A stretch of DNA of 64,000 nucleotides from Octopus sinensis (taxonomy: Eukaryota), in contig NC_043015.1 of the NCBI RefSeq assembly GCF_006345805.1, positions 39,556,001 to 39,620,000 of the forward strand, given 5' to 3'. Of this stretch, positions 37,262 to 52,020 are shown one piece after another. Below the pieces are notes generated by a model that saw nothing but the letters and a program-made list of their open reading frames with translations, searched no databases and was not told the origin of the DNA. Both the position numbers and the translations under genes were made by a program. The stretch's first letter is position 1. Each line of letters opens with the position of its first letter.

Positions 37262-38735
37262 GTATCCAGCATGCAAGTATGAAAGAGAAGGTTAGGAAGG
37301 AATGTTATAGAAGAGTTCGAGCAATCCTGAAGTCTGAGCTGAATGCATATAATAAGGTGTTAGCCATAAATTCCTTAGCAGTCCCAGTTGTTCTTTATAG
37401 TTTCAATGTGCTTAACTGGAATACCAGTGAAATAATGAAAATTGACAGGAAAATTCCCAAGCTTGTGATAAGATGCACCATCCAAAGGCAGACGTGGATT
37501 ACCTTTACCTTCCCAGAGCTCAGGGAGGTCGAGGTTTGATCCAGCTTGAACTTACATACAAAACCACCACAATCGGACTGGCCAAATACCTTGAAGCAAC
37601 CAACGATTGGATGCTAAAACTTGTTGAAAAACATGAAAGGCCGAAAATACTTCACCCTATTCTAAAAGAGAGCAAAAAATTCGCTACTGATCTCTTAGAT
37701 ACCCACCAGATTGATCAGGCTGAAGGAAATGCGCCAACTGCTCCTGCAAAGAAAATAAAATTAATTGCAAAGACAAAAGCACATGAAAAATTAGCTAGTA
37801 GATGGGAACAGAAACCTCTGCATGGCAAGTATGTGGCCCGTACCAAACAAGCTGATGTCGACCAGAAATACACGCACCAATGGTTACGAAGCTCAGGGCT
37901 AAAAACAGAGAGTGAAGGTTTCATATTAGCTGCTCAAGACCAAAGCTTATTAACCCGGAACTACCAAGCCAATGTGATAAAAAAATGGAGCTGACCTAAA
38001 ATGCCGATTTTGTAACGATGAGATTGAAACAATAGACCACCTAATCTCAGGGTGTAGAGTCTTAGCACCTGTAGAATATAAAGCAAGACATGACAGAGTC
38101 GGCCAGTATTTACATTGGACAATATGTCGGCATTATAAAATCAAAACCGCTGATAAATAGTATAAACACCATCCTGAAGCTGTGACTGAGGGAGAAAATG
38201 TGTCGATTCTATGGGACTTCCCCGTACAGACCGACAAAACAATAAAAGCTAATAAACCAGATATTATCATAAAAGATCAGACAAAAAGGATGTGCCTATT
38301 AATTACCATGAGTATTCCTTGCGATCACAATATATAGCGGCGAAAGAATTTGACAAGATCAGTAAATATAAAGACTTGCTAATAGAAATTGAAAAAATGT
38401 GACATCTCAAGGCGACTACAGTACCAGTGATTGTAGGATCTCTAGGAATGATAAAAAAAGGTACTGAAACCTATTTGAAAATGATACCAGGCTTACCATC
38501 CCTACAGGAAGTGCAAAAAATCGTGTTAACTGGAACGGCTCATGTACTGAGAAGAGCATTATCGCCGTGAAAACAACATCCATTCATGAATTTATTTATT
38601 TATTAATTTTTTAAATACATATTTTACCTGTGAATTTGCGTGTGTAATCTGGGAATGCATACAATGAGCTTCTCTGCCCTAGGTGTACGGAAAACACCCG
38701 GTGCGAAACGGAAGAAAATTTGAAGAAAGAAGGAA
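37262..38735 (+). mobile_element. R4/Dong-clade LINE 3' half (post-RT domain, CCHC knuckle, restriction-like endonuclease, 3' UTR) ending in (AAT)n
   Basis: Contains LYLPRAQGGRGL, KPLHGKY, AAQDQSL, CRFC...ETIDHLISGC, RHD, ILWDF, KPDII, KYKDL and VPVIVG. The ORF ends at about 38570, and the 3' UTR runs into (AAT)n at 38736. Several stops and frameshifts. Confidence 0.93.
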
Positions 38736-38809
<74 letters not shown>

Positions 38810-38901
38810 TAATAATAATAACAACAGGAACTGAAATGATGATGATGATCATCATCATTCTTATTATTATTATCATCATTTGATGATGATGATGATGATG
38901 A

Positions 38902-39131
38902 TGGCGAGCTGACAGAAACGTTAGCACGCCGGGCGAAATGCGTAGCCGTATTTCGTCTGCCGTTTCCTTCTGAGTTCAAATTCCGTCGAGGTTGAGTTTG
39001 CCTTTCACCCTTTCGGGGTCGATTAAATAAGTACCAGTTACGCACTGGGGTCGATATAATCGACTTTATCCGTTTGTGTGTCCTTGTTTGTCCCCTCTGT
39101 GTTTAGCCCCTTACGGGTAGTAAAGAAATAG

Positions 39132-39133
<2 letters not shown>
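38902..39133 (+). mobile_element. Full-length family A SINE within GAT/AAT arrays
   Basis: Head to AAAGAAATA tail intact. Confidence 0.9.
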
Positions 39134-39195
<62 letters not shown>

Positions 39196-39254
39196 TAATA
39201 ATAATAATAATAATAATAACAATAATAATAATAATAACAATAATAATAATAATA

Positions 39255-39390
39255 AACCTCCCTGCAGCCAAGGAACAATTGAAAGAATGACTACAACTGA
39301 AGACCCAACGGCTTAGAAGGTATGAGAAAAAAAATCAAATTTTATCGACAAAACAATATATTCAAGACAGATGCTAAAACAGTTTATTGT
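39255..39390 (+). mobile_element. R4/Dong N-terminal fragment
   Basis: KTQRLRRYEKKIKFYRQNNIFKTDAK matches the R4/Dong pre-RT motif. It starts right after an (AAT/AAC)n array. Confidence 0.75.
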
Positions 39391-40869
39391 GAGAATTCTT
39401 GCGCGTATCTGCGCATCTTTGTTTGCCAGAAGCCCTTGGACAAAAAGGAGGCACTTAAACATATCAGGAGTTTCTGTTTAAACCTTCCGTACATTCAGTT
39501 TACGGTCCCGGTATACGTGACAAAGTCTTCATCCTCTTCTTTTAACTAGATTCCAATACTCCAGTTCTCATCTAGTCTTCAGCTTCGCAAGTTCATAGGG
39601 CGGTCTAGCTGTGAAGAAAGGCTTCAGTGTCGTCTGCTTCTTACGGAATCCATTGCTGTTGTTACGATCAGTCACTGTCTCCTTCCATCTCCCTCACTGT
39701 CTATATTGGTTAGTGCTGGGGAAAGATGTCCCTCGGCTTCCTGATCTGGGGACAAAGCAATCACTTCTGGCATCTCCAGAGATACTCTTGGTGTTACCAT
39801 AGAAGCCATAACTTCGTAGTTCGCTGTTTCAGTTCTTCTGGGTAGAAAGGCCCTTAAATAACTTCTATGCCACATGTGCAACAACTGAACTCCCCATTCT
39901 GAATGATGAGTCTCAGAGCCTTTCTCAGAGCCTACCATAAAGGAAGGATAATTTTTTTTGTGTGTGTGGTCTTGTAAGTCATGAGGACCTGTATGTGTGT
40001 CCCCCTTCTACGGGGTTGTTAGTGCAGACTAACTCACGACAGCTCTTTAAAGACCAATGGCAAGGTTCTCTTTTTCGCTGCTACACCAACCTGTTGCAGC
40101 GCCCACTTCTATGCCGCCGTCTTCCGATGACAAGATAAAATGCAGGAAACTAAGAAGGACAAAGTGTTGCTGGGGCACAAGAGGTTAAAAATAAGACTTC
40201 AAAAAGAGGAAGCTCAACAAAAGGCAGCGAAAAAATATGAAGTTCTCCCTCTCACCGCTCCTTGGGACAACGTTAGGAGATTCACAGTCATATGGCGATA
40301 GGGCGGAATGGTGTGGAGCTAAAAGACGTATATTGTAATGCGAATTTGGAGTTTGACGACGAATTCTTCAAGAGGATTTTGTTGCAGAATTTAGTTAAAA
40401 ACAAATGACATGGATTATTGATAAAATATTAAGAGTATTTGGAAGAACCTGAACCGGAGAACATTTTGTACGCCATCCAACCGCAAGAATTTTCACAGGC
40501 GCTTTTGGGCACACCAGAGCTAAGTATAAACAATGGAAGAATGGCAAAGTTGTGAGTGCCTTGACCCAACTTAGCCAGCAGGTTCTCACCTGCGTGAGAG
40601 TTGGTAACTCTAAATGCTTTTCATATTCTAATTCTTGTTTTAATTACTGTTTTATGATATTTTTAATATTTATTTTGTTTAAATCCAATTTTAATCCGTT
40701 TATTTTGTAGCCTCCTCGCTACTCCCACCCTCACCTCACGCTTTTCTATAACTTTGTTTATCCAGCCCTACATTTATTGTAACCTTAGTCCTTAGAGCAT
40801 TTACTGAGGTATATGAACGAGGCCCTTGCACTTAATGGAAAAAATGCTCAATATTCTAACTTTTTCTCT

Positions 40870-41315
40870 TGAACTCAGAACGTAGCGGCAGACGAAATAC
40901 CTATTTCTTTACTACCCACAAGGGGCTAAACACAGAGAGGACAAACAAGGACAGACAAAGGGATTAAGTCGATTATATCGACCTCAGTGTGTAACTGGTA
41001 CTTATTTAATCGACCCCGAAAGGATGAAAGGCAAAGTCGACCTCGGCGGAATTTGAACTCAGAACGTAGCGGCAGACGAAATACCTATTTCTTTACTACC
41101 CACAAGGGGCTAAACACAGAGGGGACAAACAAGGACAAACAAACGGATTAAGTCGATTATATCGACCCCAGTGCGTAACTGGTACTTATTTAATCGACCG
41201 CGAAAGGATGAAAGGCAAAGTGGACCTCGGCAGAATTTGAACTCAGAACGTAGCCGCTGACGAAATACCGCTCAGCATTTCGCCCGTCGTGCCAACGATT
41301 CTGCCAGTTCGCCAC
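40870..41315 (-). mobile_element. Family A SINE multimer (head plus about 2.2 body units)
   Basis: Near-identical units of about 185 bp; the single head is at the 41315 end. Confidence 0.92.
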
Positions 41316-41633
41316 CTTCTCTTGTACCACCAGCTGCACCCCTGTCATCCCCAGGTGCACCTCTGTGCTTTCCAGTGGTACCTCCATCCTCCCCAGCCAC
41401 ACCTCTGTCGTCCGCGTTACCCTGGTGTGTGCACCTTTGTCATTTCCGAACGCAGAATTAAGTTTCATTACAACCGCGTATGTTGTGGGAGATATTTTGT
41501 TTTGTTGTTGTTGATTTAGTGTTTTGTCGGTTGTTTGAATTTGAGTGTAATGTGTGAGCTGAGCAGAAAGGATACACTATGCCTGGGAGCTGAGTAGAGA
41601 GGGTGGAGTACGTCTATGCGCTGAGTAGAGACA

Positions 41634-41752
41634 ACAGAGTACGTCTGTCGACGACAGAGTACGTCTGGCGACGACAGAGTACGTCTGTCGACGACAGAGT
41701 ACGTCTGTCGACGACAGAGTACGTCTGGCGATGACAGAGTACGTCTGGCGAC
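41634..41752. repeat. 6 x 20-bp CpG-rich minisatellite ACAGAGTACGTCTG(T/G)CGACG
   Basis: Directly visible, near-perfect units. Confidence 0.95.
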
Positions 41753-42359
41753 CAGAAATTGGAGTATGGAGTTCGAACCTTTGGCTGGCTTTTCTTTCTT
41801 GCTTTTTTCTAAGATGTCTGTCTGTGTGTAACAGCAGCGCTATAAAAATGTTGAAGCTGTTCCCTGTTTGGGACCCAGCATGGTTTTACAGATCAGAATT
41901 CCATATGGGACACAGTAAGTTTTTTTTTTTTATAGAGGGTGAAGTCAGTCGTTGTTGAAAGCTGAAGAATTCTTTTCTGTTTTTTTTTTTTGCGCCTGAA
42001 TGTCGAAACCAGTCTTTGAGACGCAGGAGCAACTGTGTCGAGGATGTGAATGGATCAGGAGAAATCTTCAATGAAGTCGAATTCTAACATGTGTAGTGAC
42101 CTTGAGGGTCTTAATGGCGTCTTATTCATGAAAGAGAAAGAGAAAGAGAGAGACACAGAGAGAGACAGATACAGAGAGAGAGTGAGAGAGGTGGAAAGAT
42201 ATTGTTTGTTTATGTGTTATGTCTGTGTTGGTTGGTTGGCTGTTTGGTTGGTTGGTGTAGTTGAACGTAAGATTTGTTTGATCCCACTGGAGGATGTTTT
42301 CGAGGTATCTGTTCTCACAACACACACACACGCGCGCGCGCACACACATCTATATGCGC

Positions 42360-42386
42360 TTGTAAGTATATATATATATGTATATA

Positions 42387-42450
<64 letters not shown>

Positions 42451-42472
42451 ACATATATATATACACATGCAC

Positions 42473-42513
<41 letters not shown>

Positions 42514-42751
42514 TACATGCACGTGTGTTTATATATTTATATAGAGATGCATGTATACATATATATAAAACATGTGAGTATATATGTATGTGTGTATGTA
42601 TATGTATATGTGTGTGTATAAAATATTACTTTTGATATATATGTAAATATATATATAAATATATGTATGCATGTATATATATATATGAGTATATATATAT
42701 ATATAATACATATAATATACATGTATATATACATATAATATACATGTATAT

Positions 42752-42798
<47 letters not shown>

Positions 42799-42811
42799 CA
42801 TATATAAATAT

Positions 42812-42878
<67 letters not shown>

Positions 42879-42900
42879 TACACATACATATATAATGCGT
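42360..42900. repeat. (TA)n/(TG)n microsatellite block
   Basis: Directly visible. Confidence 0.9.
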
Positions 42901-43214
42901 ATGTGTGTTGTATGAATGTGGGTATATTTACGTGACTGCTAATACAAAGTACAGGTAAAAATGAGAGGAAATAAAAAAAGTATTAAAATAGGTTAGAATC
43001 CATGTAGAAAGGTGAAGTAGATTTAGAATAATAGAGACGACGTTTTTTTCTTTTTTTTTTTTCGTGAGGCCTTTGGGGCAGTTGTGTGGCCGCTATTGTA
43101 TAGGAAAGATTATGGAGAGTAGAAGAAGGAAAACATGAAATACCGAGTCAGAGAAACTGATGTGGGAGATTTACGTCAGCACATTCCATCTAAAGAATTT
43201 CGAATAATATTAAG

Positions 43215-43264
<50 letters not shown>

Positions 43265-43634
43265 GTTTAAATGGGTTATGTGTGGGGAGGGAGGTGAAGG
43301 GGGTGTGAGGAGGAGAAGAGAGTGTGTTGGAGAGGGGTAGGGAAGTGTGAGAGAGAGAGGGGGTGGGGGAGGGGGGTTAATATGGTGTGTGTGTGTGTAC
43401 TAAAGCTGGATGGTTGTGAGAACGAAAAGCAAAAAGGAAGAGAAGCGGAAGAGGGAATTTTTAACTGTGGAGAAGGTTTTTTAGAAAGAGAAAAATGGTG
43501 GAGAGAGAGAGAGAGGGGGGAGAAATAAAGAGAGGGAGAGAGAGAGGGAGGGAGGGAGAGAGAGAGAGGGAGAGAGAAAGGGTTTGATAAGCGAAAGGAA
43601 CAGAACCAGTGAGAAACTTAGAGACGGCGATTAA

Positions 43635-43975
43635 GAAAGGAAGAGGGTGAAGAGGAGGAGGAGGAGGAAGGAGAAGAAGAGGAGGGGGAAGAAGAAGAAG
43701 AGGGAAAAAGAAGAAGAAGAAGAGGGGGAAGAAGAAGAAGAAGAAGAAGAAGACGAAGAAGAAGAGGAGGGGGAAGAAGACGAAGAAGGAGGAGGAGGAG
43801 GAGAAGAAGAAGAAGAAGAGGGAAAAAGAAGAAGAAGAAGAAGAAGAAGAGGGGGAAGAAGAAGAAGAAGACGAAGAAGAAGAGGAGGGGGAAGAAGAAG
43901 AAGAAGAAGACGAAGAAGAAGGAGGAGGAGGAGGAGGAGGAGGAGGAGGAGAAGAAGAAGAAGAAGAAGAAGAAA
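43635..43975. repeat. (GAA/GAG)n compound microsatellite
   Basis: Directly visible. Confidence 0.93.
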
Positions 43976-44539
43976 ATGAGTGTGTTTATACACACACATA
44001 CACAGACAGAGTGTGTATGTGTACAGTTGTAATTAAGAAATTAATTAGAAGTCTTCAATTAAAGACATCATAATGAAGATAACATTTTCTATCTTCTCTG
44101 TTCATTTTTGATATTTTCTAAGTTTTGTTTTTGTTTGTTTTTGTATTCTCGCTTTCTTTCTGTATGATTGCGTCTGACAGACATTTTGGTTGGCTGCACT
44201 GCGGCAGAATCTCCTGTCTAAGAGTAAATCTTCTCTTTAGAAACTTGGTCAGTTGTTTTAAGCTTCTGAAGATTCCAACCACCCGTTGACTTCACTGCAA
44301 AACATTCATTCATTCACCTGATTCTGTGAGCAGCAACTCACCGCCGCCTCACCCCCCATCTCGAGGAACCCCCCCCCCGCCTTCGTTGCCCTCTTTGTAC
44401 TCAGCTCCACGTAACATCACTTGGCAAACCTCCTCAAAGTCACTCCCTCTCCACCACACCAAGTTCTCAACGCCCCTCCACACACACGCTCACACGCTCA
44501 CTCGCCAAGTGCAAATGTACGTCCGCTCACTTTAAACCA

Positions 44540-46150
<1,611 letters not shown>

Positions 46151-47004
46151 TTTGGAATGACTGCAAAGGCTATGGGCTCGACCTCTTCCTGCAAACGCGG
46201 CAAATAAAAAAGAAACCTTGCTCAAAATAATCGGCTGGAGAGGAGCCCCTGCGTGTTCGTTTACCACCAAGAAATAACAGCTAAATCCCCCTCAAAATAC
46301 ATTCTATAGTCTTGTAACACGTAATAAACTGACCTATGTTGTCATTGATATAGCAAAAGACAGGATTGACATGGCTGGAACGACTTTACTCATAGATCTA
46401 CTGACTCCACCTGCTGGTGAAATACTTATAGCTACAGGTAGAGATGGTCTCTATCAGCCAGAAACAGCAGATTGATATTATCCGGCTACAAACGTCACAA
46501 CTCTGTAAAATAAACGAAGATCGTCTGCCAGAAATAGCAGACGATCTTCATTTCTTTTACAAACATTATTTGTTTTATTCGGCTTCACAATTTAGAAATA
46601 TACAGCTGCGCGCGAGCACACACACATACACTGTTTCCGTTATTCTCTGGGAATTACTGTCAATTTTGAGGAATTACCATTTTGTTCGGGTAATTACCAT
46701 TTTGGGGTAGGAAGCAGAGACACATATCGGAAGCTAACGGATAGGACGGAAGAATAACATTGACCCAAGACAGACACAAAAATTATCAGACTTGCAGGAA
46801 AATGATGGAATATTACAGTTTAAATGTATAATTCGATGGTGGGAATATGTTTATGTGAGGGTTAAAGGTTAAAGGGTCGAGCTTATGGTTATCTTTGGAG
46901 ATAAGGAGGTTAACGCTATCGTTTAGATTTAAAGTTTTGTCAAATCAAGAGGCTTCATTCGCTTAGAATTTTCCTTTCAAATGTTCGTTTATTGGAACGG
47001 TAAA

Positions 47005-47290
47005 TGGTACTCCGTCTGTTACGACGGTGAGTGTTTCAGTTGATTCGATCAACGGTACAACCTGTTCATGAAATTAACGTGCATGTGGCTTAGTACTCCA
47101 CAGATACGCATACCTGTGACAAGGCTGGCCCTTTGAATTACAGATATTTTTCGTTTTCTTGTCAGTTGAGTGAACTCGAGTAACGAGGAATAGAGTGTCT
47201 TGCCCAAGGATTCAACGCGCTGCCGAGAATCGAACTCGCGACCTTACGATCTTGAGCCGAAAACCCTAACCACTAAGCCATACGCCTTCA
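47005..47290 (-). mobile_element. Chimeric degenerate SINE (family C 3' domain plus V/CORE-like body plus tRNA head)
   Basis: 47005-47150 resembles 21870-22040. 47160-47290 minus reads GAAGGCGTATGGCTTAGTGGTTAGGG...GAGTTCGATTC...CCTTGGGCAAGACACT. Confidence 0.6.
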
Positions 47291-47716
47291 TAGATTGTGG
47301 CTGTATTATTTCATTCGTTGACCCTTCCTGCCCCCCACGGCGATCTGGAAGAATCGTTACCGCACCGGGAGAAATGTTTAGCGGCATTTCTTCTGGCATT
47401 ACATTCTGAGTTCAAATACCGCTGAGGTCGACTTTGCCCTTCATCCACTCTGGGTCGATGAAATAAGTAGCAGTTGGACAATGGAGTCGATGTCATCGAC
47501 TTATACCCTCCCCCGAAATTGCTGGCCTTGAGCCAAAATTTGAAATCAATATGGACCCAACTTCAAATATAGGGAACCAGGTCAGCTCAGGTCTGAGCGC
47601 GTGTGTCGTTGCATCCACCATTTGTCGGTATCTGCTCGAGTTGTCCCAGGGAATCCTCTGAGCAGTGTCCCAATCAGTTCCCATCTCAATGAAATACTTC
47701 TTCATTCGCCGTAACC

Positions 47717-47950
47717 TATTTCTTTACTACCCACAAGGGCTAAACATAGAGAGGACAAAGAAGGACAGACAAAGGGATTAAGTCGATTATATCGACCCCA
47801 GTGCGTAACTGGTACTTATTTAATCGACTCCGAAAGGATGAAAGGCAAAGTCGACCTCGGCGGAATTTGAACTCAGAACGTATAGGCAGACGAAATACCG
47901 CTAAGCATTTCGCCCGGCGTGCTAACGTTTCTGCCATCTCGCCGCCTTCT
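47717..47950 (-). mobile_element. Full-length family A SINE with 13-bp TSD
   Basis: ATTCGCCGTAACC occurs at 47704-47716 and 47951-47963. A degenerate plus-strand copy lies at about 47370-47550. Confidence 0.95.
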
Positions 47951-48330
47951 ATTCGCCGTAACCGTTTGGCAAGAAGTTGACCAACACGAATTGTCACTTC
48001 GACCGGAACTTCAGAGAAGAGAACACGTGACGCAGGAAGGACTCCAAGGTGATTCTTTCAGACATTTTTTTCGAGGGTTGTGGTGGGGCGAAACGCGTCT
48101 TAGATACCATCTGATATGGTAGATTGATTTGTCATGAAAAAAAAAGGAAGAAAAATCAAAGGATTCTGGTTGAAACTTGGGTCAAAGAGAAAGATGTTAT
48201 CTAAAGTTGAGAAAAAACAAAACAGATGCTGATATTTAATTTGGTTCATCGCGATTCTAATATAAATAATTAAAAACCTATTAAGGAACCAAGCATTCTT
48301 ATTATTTGCAGCTTCATAATTCTTTTGGTC

Positions 48331-48635
48331 TGGGGGTTCTCAACCACATTTTATCTATGGACCCCTTTGATTACTATTTTATTCTAGTGGACCCCCACCC
48401 CCTTAATCATTCGATCTTTAAAACCTAACTTTATGGATACTCCTTCCAAAATTCCTATTTAATTTTTGACACATCAACTTGTGTAGGCTGAACCAAAATG
48501 TTACAGAAAGAAACTTAGATGTTTCTTGCAATGCAACATTTTTTCAGGGGCCCTTAAAGTACCTTCCACCCCCACCTCCACAAAAAGCCTAATATGGACC
48601 CTAAGGGCCACACGGACTCCGGTTGAAAACCACTG
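48331..48635. mobile_element. hAT (Charlie-like) MITE
   Basis: Imperfect 15-bp TIRs (TGGGGGTTCTCAACC / GGTTGAAAACCACTG) resemble CAG(T/G)GGTTCTCAACC. The flanking 8-mers match at 5 of 8 positions. Confidence 0.6.
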
Positions 48636-49282
48636 GTTCAGTCTTTTCGTTAGAAATAGTTCGACCTTTCCAAAGCAATTTGAAAATAATTAAGAAATTT
48701 CAAATATTTTATAATTTTGATTTCGATAGGTAAGGAAAAAGATTTGACGATTCAAAATGCCTTAGAACTCTCTTTTTATAAATTACTTTCTACCGGAACG
48801 AAGGAAAACAAAACTCTGCTCCTGCGAGATTTGAACTAAAAAATCGAAAACCTTAAAATTTTTTACTTTTACGGCAAAGCGAACCTTTGCGTTACTGAAT
48901 TACCTCCCTTGTGCAATTAACTCCCTTCACGAGTTATCTCCCTTACATTACATTCGCGCAAAACTTTCTTAGCGAGTTTTGACTTTTTCCAGAATTCTTT
49001 GTCACCAAAACTTCTTTATTGTCCATAAAACAATTAATGGGAATGTAATTTGGTAAATATATTGCATGATAAGCTACTGTAAAAAGGATGAAAGGACGGA
49101 ATAAATCATTTAGAACAATCGAAATTTAACTTGGTTTGACGGATTAGTCCAGAAATTTACACAAACGATCATTAAAAAAATGTTTTTTACATAATTGATA
49201 TTTCAGTTTGTTGATTAGAGTAAGATAAGATGGAGTTACCTGCTTCTGGAAGCGCAAATTTAAGTATCAATTACACCTGTAG

Positions 49283-49352
<70 letters not shown>

Positions 49353-49544
49353 ACATAAACACACATACAAACACACACACACATATACACACACACAAAC
49401 ACACGCACACATACACACACACACAACACATTTACTTCTTGGCAGCTCAATCAATACAAATTTTGAGTCCAAATTTCCAGTTGCCAATCAGCAATCGATT
49501 TGTGAATAAATATATTCATCTTTATCCCTTTATTTGTTTATTTG

Positions 49545-49745
49545 TATGAGTTAGGGGTTAAGAAACCCTCTAAGGGACATTAAATATCCAACATACTACA
49601 GGATGTGTACCTGCGTATTTTAAACCAAGTGCTTACTATTGCATGGTAATAGTGCAATTGAATGCTAGGTATGGGTGGGGGTCAATTAGAAATTTACCCA
49701 GGATTTTTAAGGCAAATAAGAAAATGGAGAGGATAAACAATCGAC
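49545..49745 (+). repeat. Dispersed repeat of about 200 bp, second copy at about 59523-59715
   Basis: GTATGAGTTAG(G/A)GGTTAAGAAACCCTC...GAAAATGGAGAGGATAAACAATCGA is shared by both loci. Confidence 0.88.
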
Positions 49746-49857
49746 AAACATCATCCTGTGAACATTCTGTTATATCTTTTTTTTTATTAAGTAACAAACG
49801 TGTTTAAATGGTACAAGTAAACGAATGAGATCAGCCAATAAATACGTAAACACACAC

Positions 49858-49904
<47 letters not shown>

Positions 49905-49925
49905 CCCAGAGTAAGCACATGAATA

Positions 49926-49958
<33 letters not shown>

Positions 49959-50319
49959 GTAATGAGTGTAGAGATACATTCGTTTACTTGCACCACTTAA
50001 ACACATGTTTGTTTCATGTAATAAATAGGTACAATGGAATGTTTACTGCTGATGTTTGTCGATTTTATATCCTCTCCTTTTTTTTTATTTGCCCTATATA
50101 TATATATATATGTATATATATATTATGGATGAATGAATTATCCTTTGTTTACTGTTAACATGGAAAATTCAATAAGCAGTTACCAGGGTATCAAAATTCA
50201 CACAAGTAACAAGGATGTAGCGACCTATCAAGGTAGAAACTCCAGGTTAATGTGCAGTAATTGTGTAGTATAAGTAAATAAATGGAGTTAGCATCTGCAT
50301 TCAACTCCATTTATTTACT

Positions 50320-50365
<46 letters not shown>

Positions 50366-50544
50366 ACATATATGTAAGCGCATATATGTGAAACATGGTG
50401 GAAAAAATAGTACTCGAATACCAGAGGTAGAGTAATATACTTTGTTAATAAAACTGCAGAGATATCACAAAAAACCCCCCAGTTTTTTTGTTGTATTTTT
50501 GTGATGTCTCCGCAGCTTATTAAAAAAGTATATATATATAATAT

Positions 50545-52020
50545 ATACTTGGTGCCATGTAAAAAGCACCCAGTACACTCTGTAGAGTGGTTGGCGTCCA
50601 GCTGTAGAAACCTTACCATCAGAAAACAGAGCCTGATATGGCTCCCAGCTTTACTCAACTCCTGTCAAACCACCCAACCCATGCCAGCACGGAAAACTGA
50701 CATTAAACAATGATGATGATGATCATATGCATGTATATATATAGACATGCATACACACATGCATGTATGCATTCATGTATGTATGTATGCATGCATGCAT
50801 GTATGTATGTATGTATGTATGTGTGTGTGTGTGTATGTGTGTATGTATGTATGTATGTTTGTAATGTGAGTGTTGTAAAGTATACAAAAATGTATTTTAA
50901 ATAATGCAAACATGATCTAATATGGAACTTAATGTGTTGGGTGGGATGGACAGATATATTTATTATAGAAATATTTTGCCAGTACCACCTGACTGGCCCT
51001 CGTGCCGGTGGCACATAAAAAGCACCCACTACACTTTCAGAGTAGTTGGCATTAGGAAGGGCATCCAGTTGTAGAAACTCTGCCAGATTAGATTGGAGTC
51101 TGGTGCGGCCATCTGGTTTGCCAGCCCTCAGTCAAATCATCCAACCCATGCTAGCATGGAAAATGGACGTTAAATGATGATGATGATATATAGTGACATC
51201 CTACTGTTTCTGACACTACTGCTGCTAAAAACGAGGTCCTTGTGTACCATTTGGCTTGGTCAGTGTGGCTTGATGTCATGCCCGTGGCTAAACACTTTAC
51301 GCATTCTGCTGGATGTATTTTCTCATGGAACCAACAATAGAAAGACTGAGTAGTCCTTAGCAAGATACTTTACTGTATGAATGGCTGATGGAAGGGGCCT
51401 TATACACAGTAAATATAAATTTGGAGAGGGGAACAATGGTGATAGAAGGGCCAGAAACGGGTATTTGGGAGGTGAATTGATAAAGATATAAGTATAAGCG
51501 TAGGGAAGTGACACGGGTATATTAGTTCAGGGGAAACAAGAAAAGGGGCTGGAGAGAAAGAAGAGGAAGAACATTGGAAGGGCTAAAATGGAGGGGAGGA
51601 TGGAAAAAAGGCAGGGATATGGGGGGGAGGAGAGGGATTGGCAATGGTAGAGGTGGTCAAAGGTAAGGACCAGTGGGTGAATAGAGAAGGGGTATAATAG
51701 AAAAAGGTGGGATTACTTGGGTTGAAGTCAGGAGAGAAGGGTGATGAGATAAAGGAAAGAGTAGGGGATGGGAATACACACTCACACACATGTATATGTG
51801 TGTGTGTATGTCTGTAAGTGACATGTAAAAGGTACCCACAACACTCTTGGAGTGGTTGGCCTTAGGAAGGGCATCCAGCCATAGAAACCAAACCAAAATC
51901 AGATTGGAGCCTGGTATACCCCTCCAGCTTCCAACTTACCAGTTCTAGTCATACTGTCAAAGTGTCTAACCCATGCCAGCATGGAAAACGGACGCTAAAT
52001 GATGATGATAATGATGATGA
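50545..52020 (+). mobile_element. Three RTE 3'-end short retroposon copies (about 50545-50725, 50975-51188, 51815-52020)
   Basis: Each matches the 4430-4646 3' end and has a (GAT)n tail. Confidence 0.8.

Noticed and set aside
39490-40620. GC-balanced 1.1-kb stretch suspected to be decayed TE coding DNA
   Set aside because: No recognisable motif in the frames I could check; left unassigned pending BLASTx.
44181-44229. Possible 43-nt exon after a pyrimidine tract
   Set aside because: Weak donor (AGA|GTAAAT) and no supporting homology.
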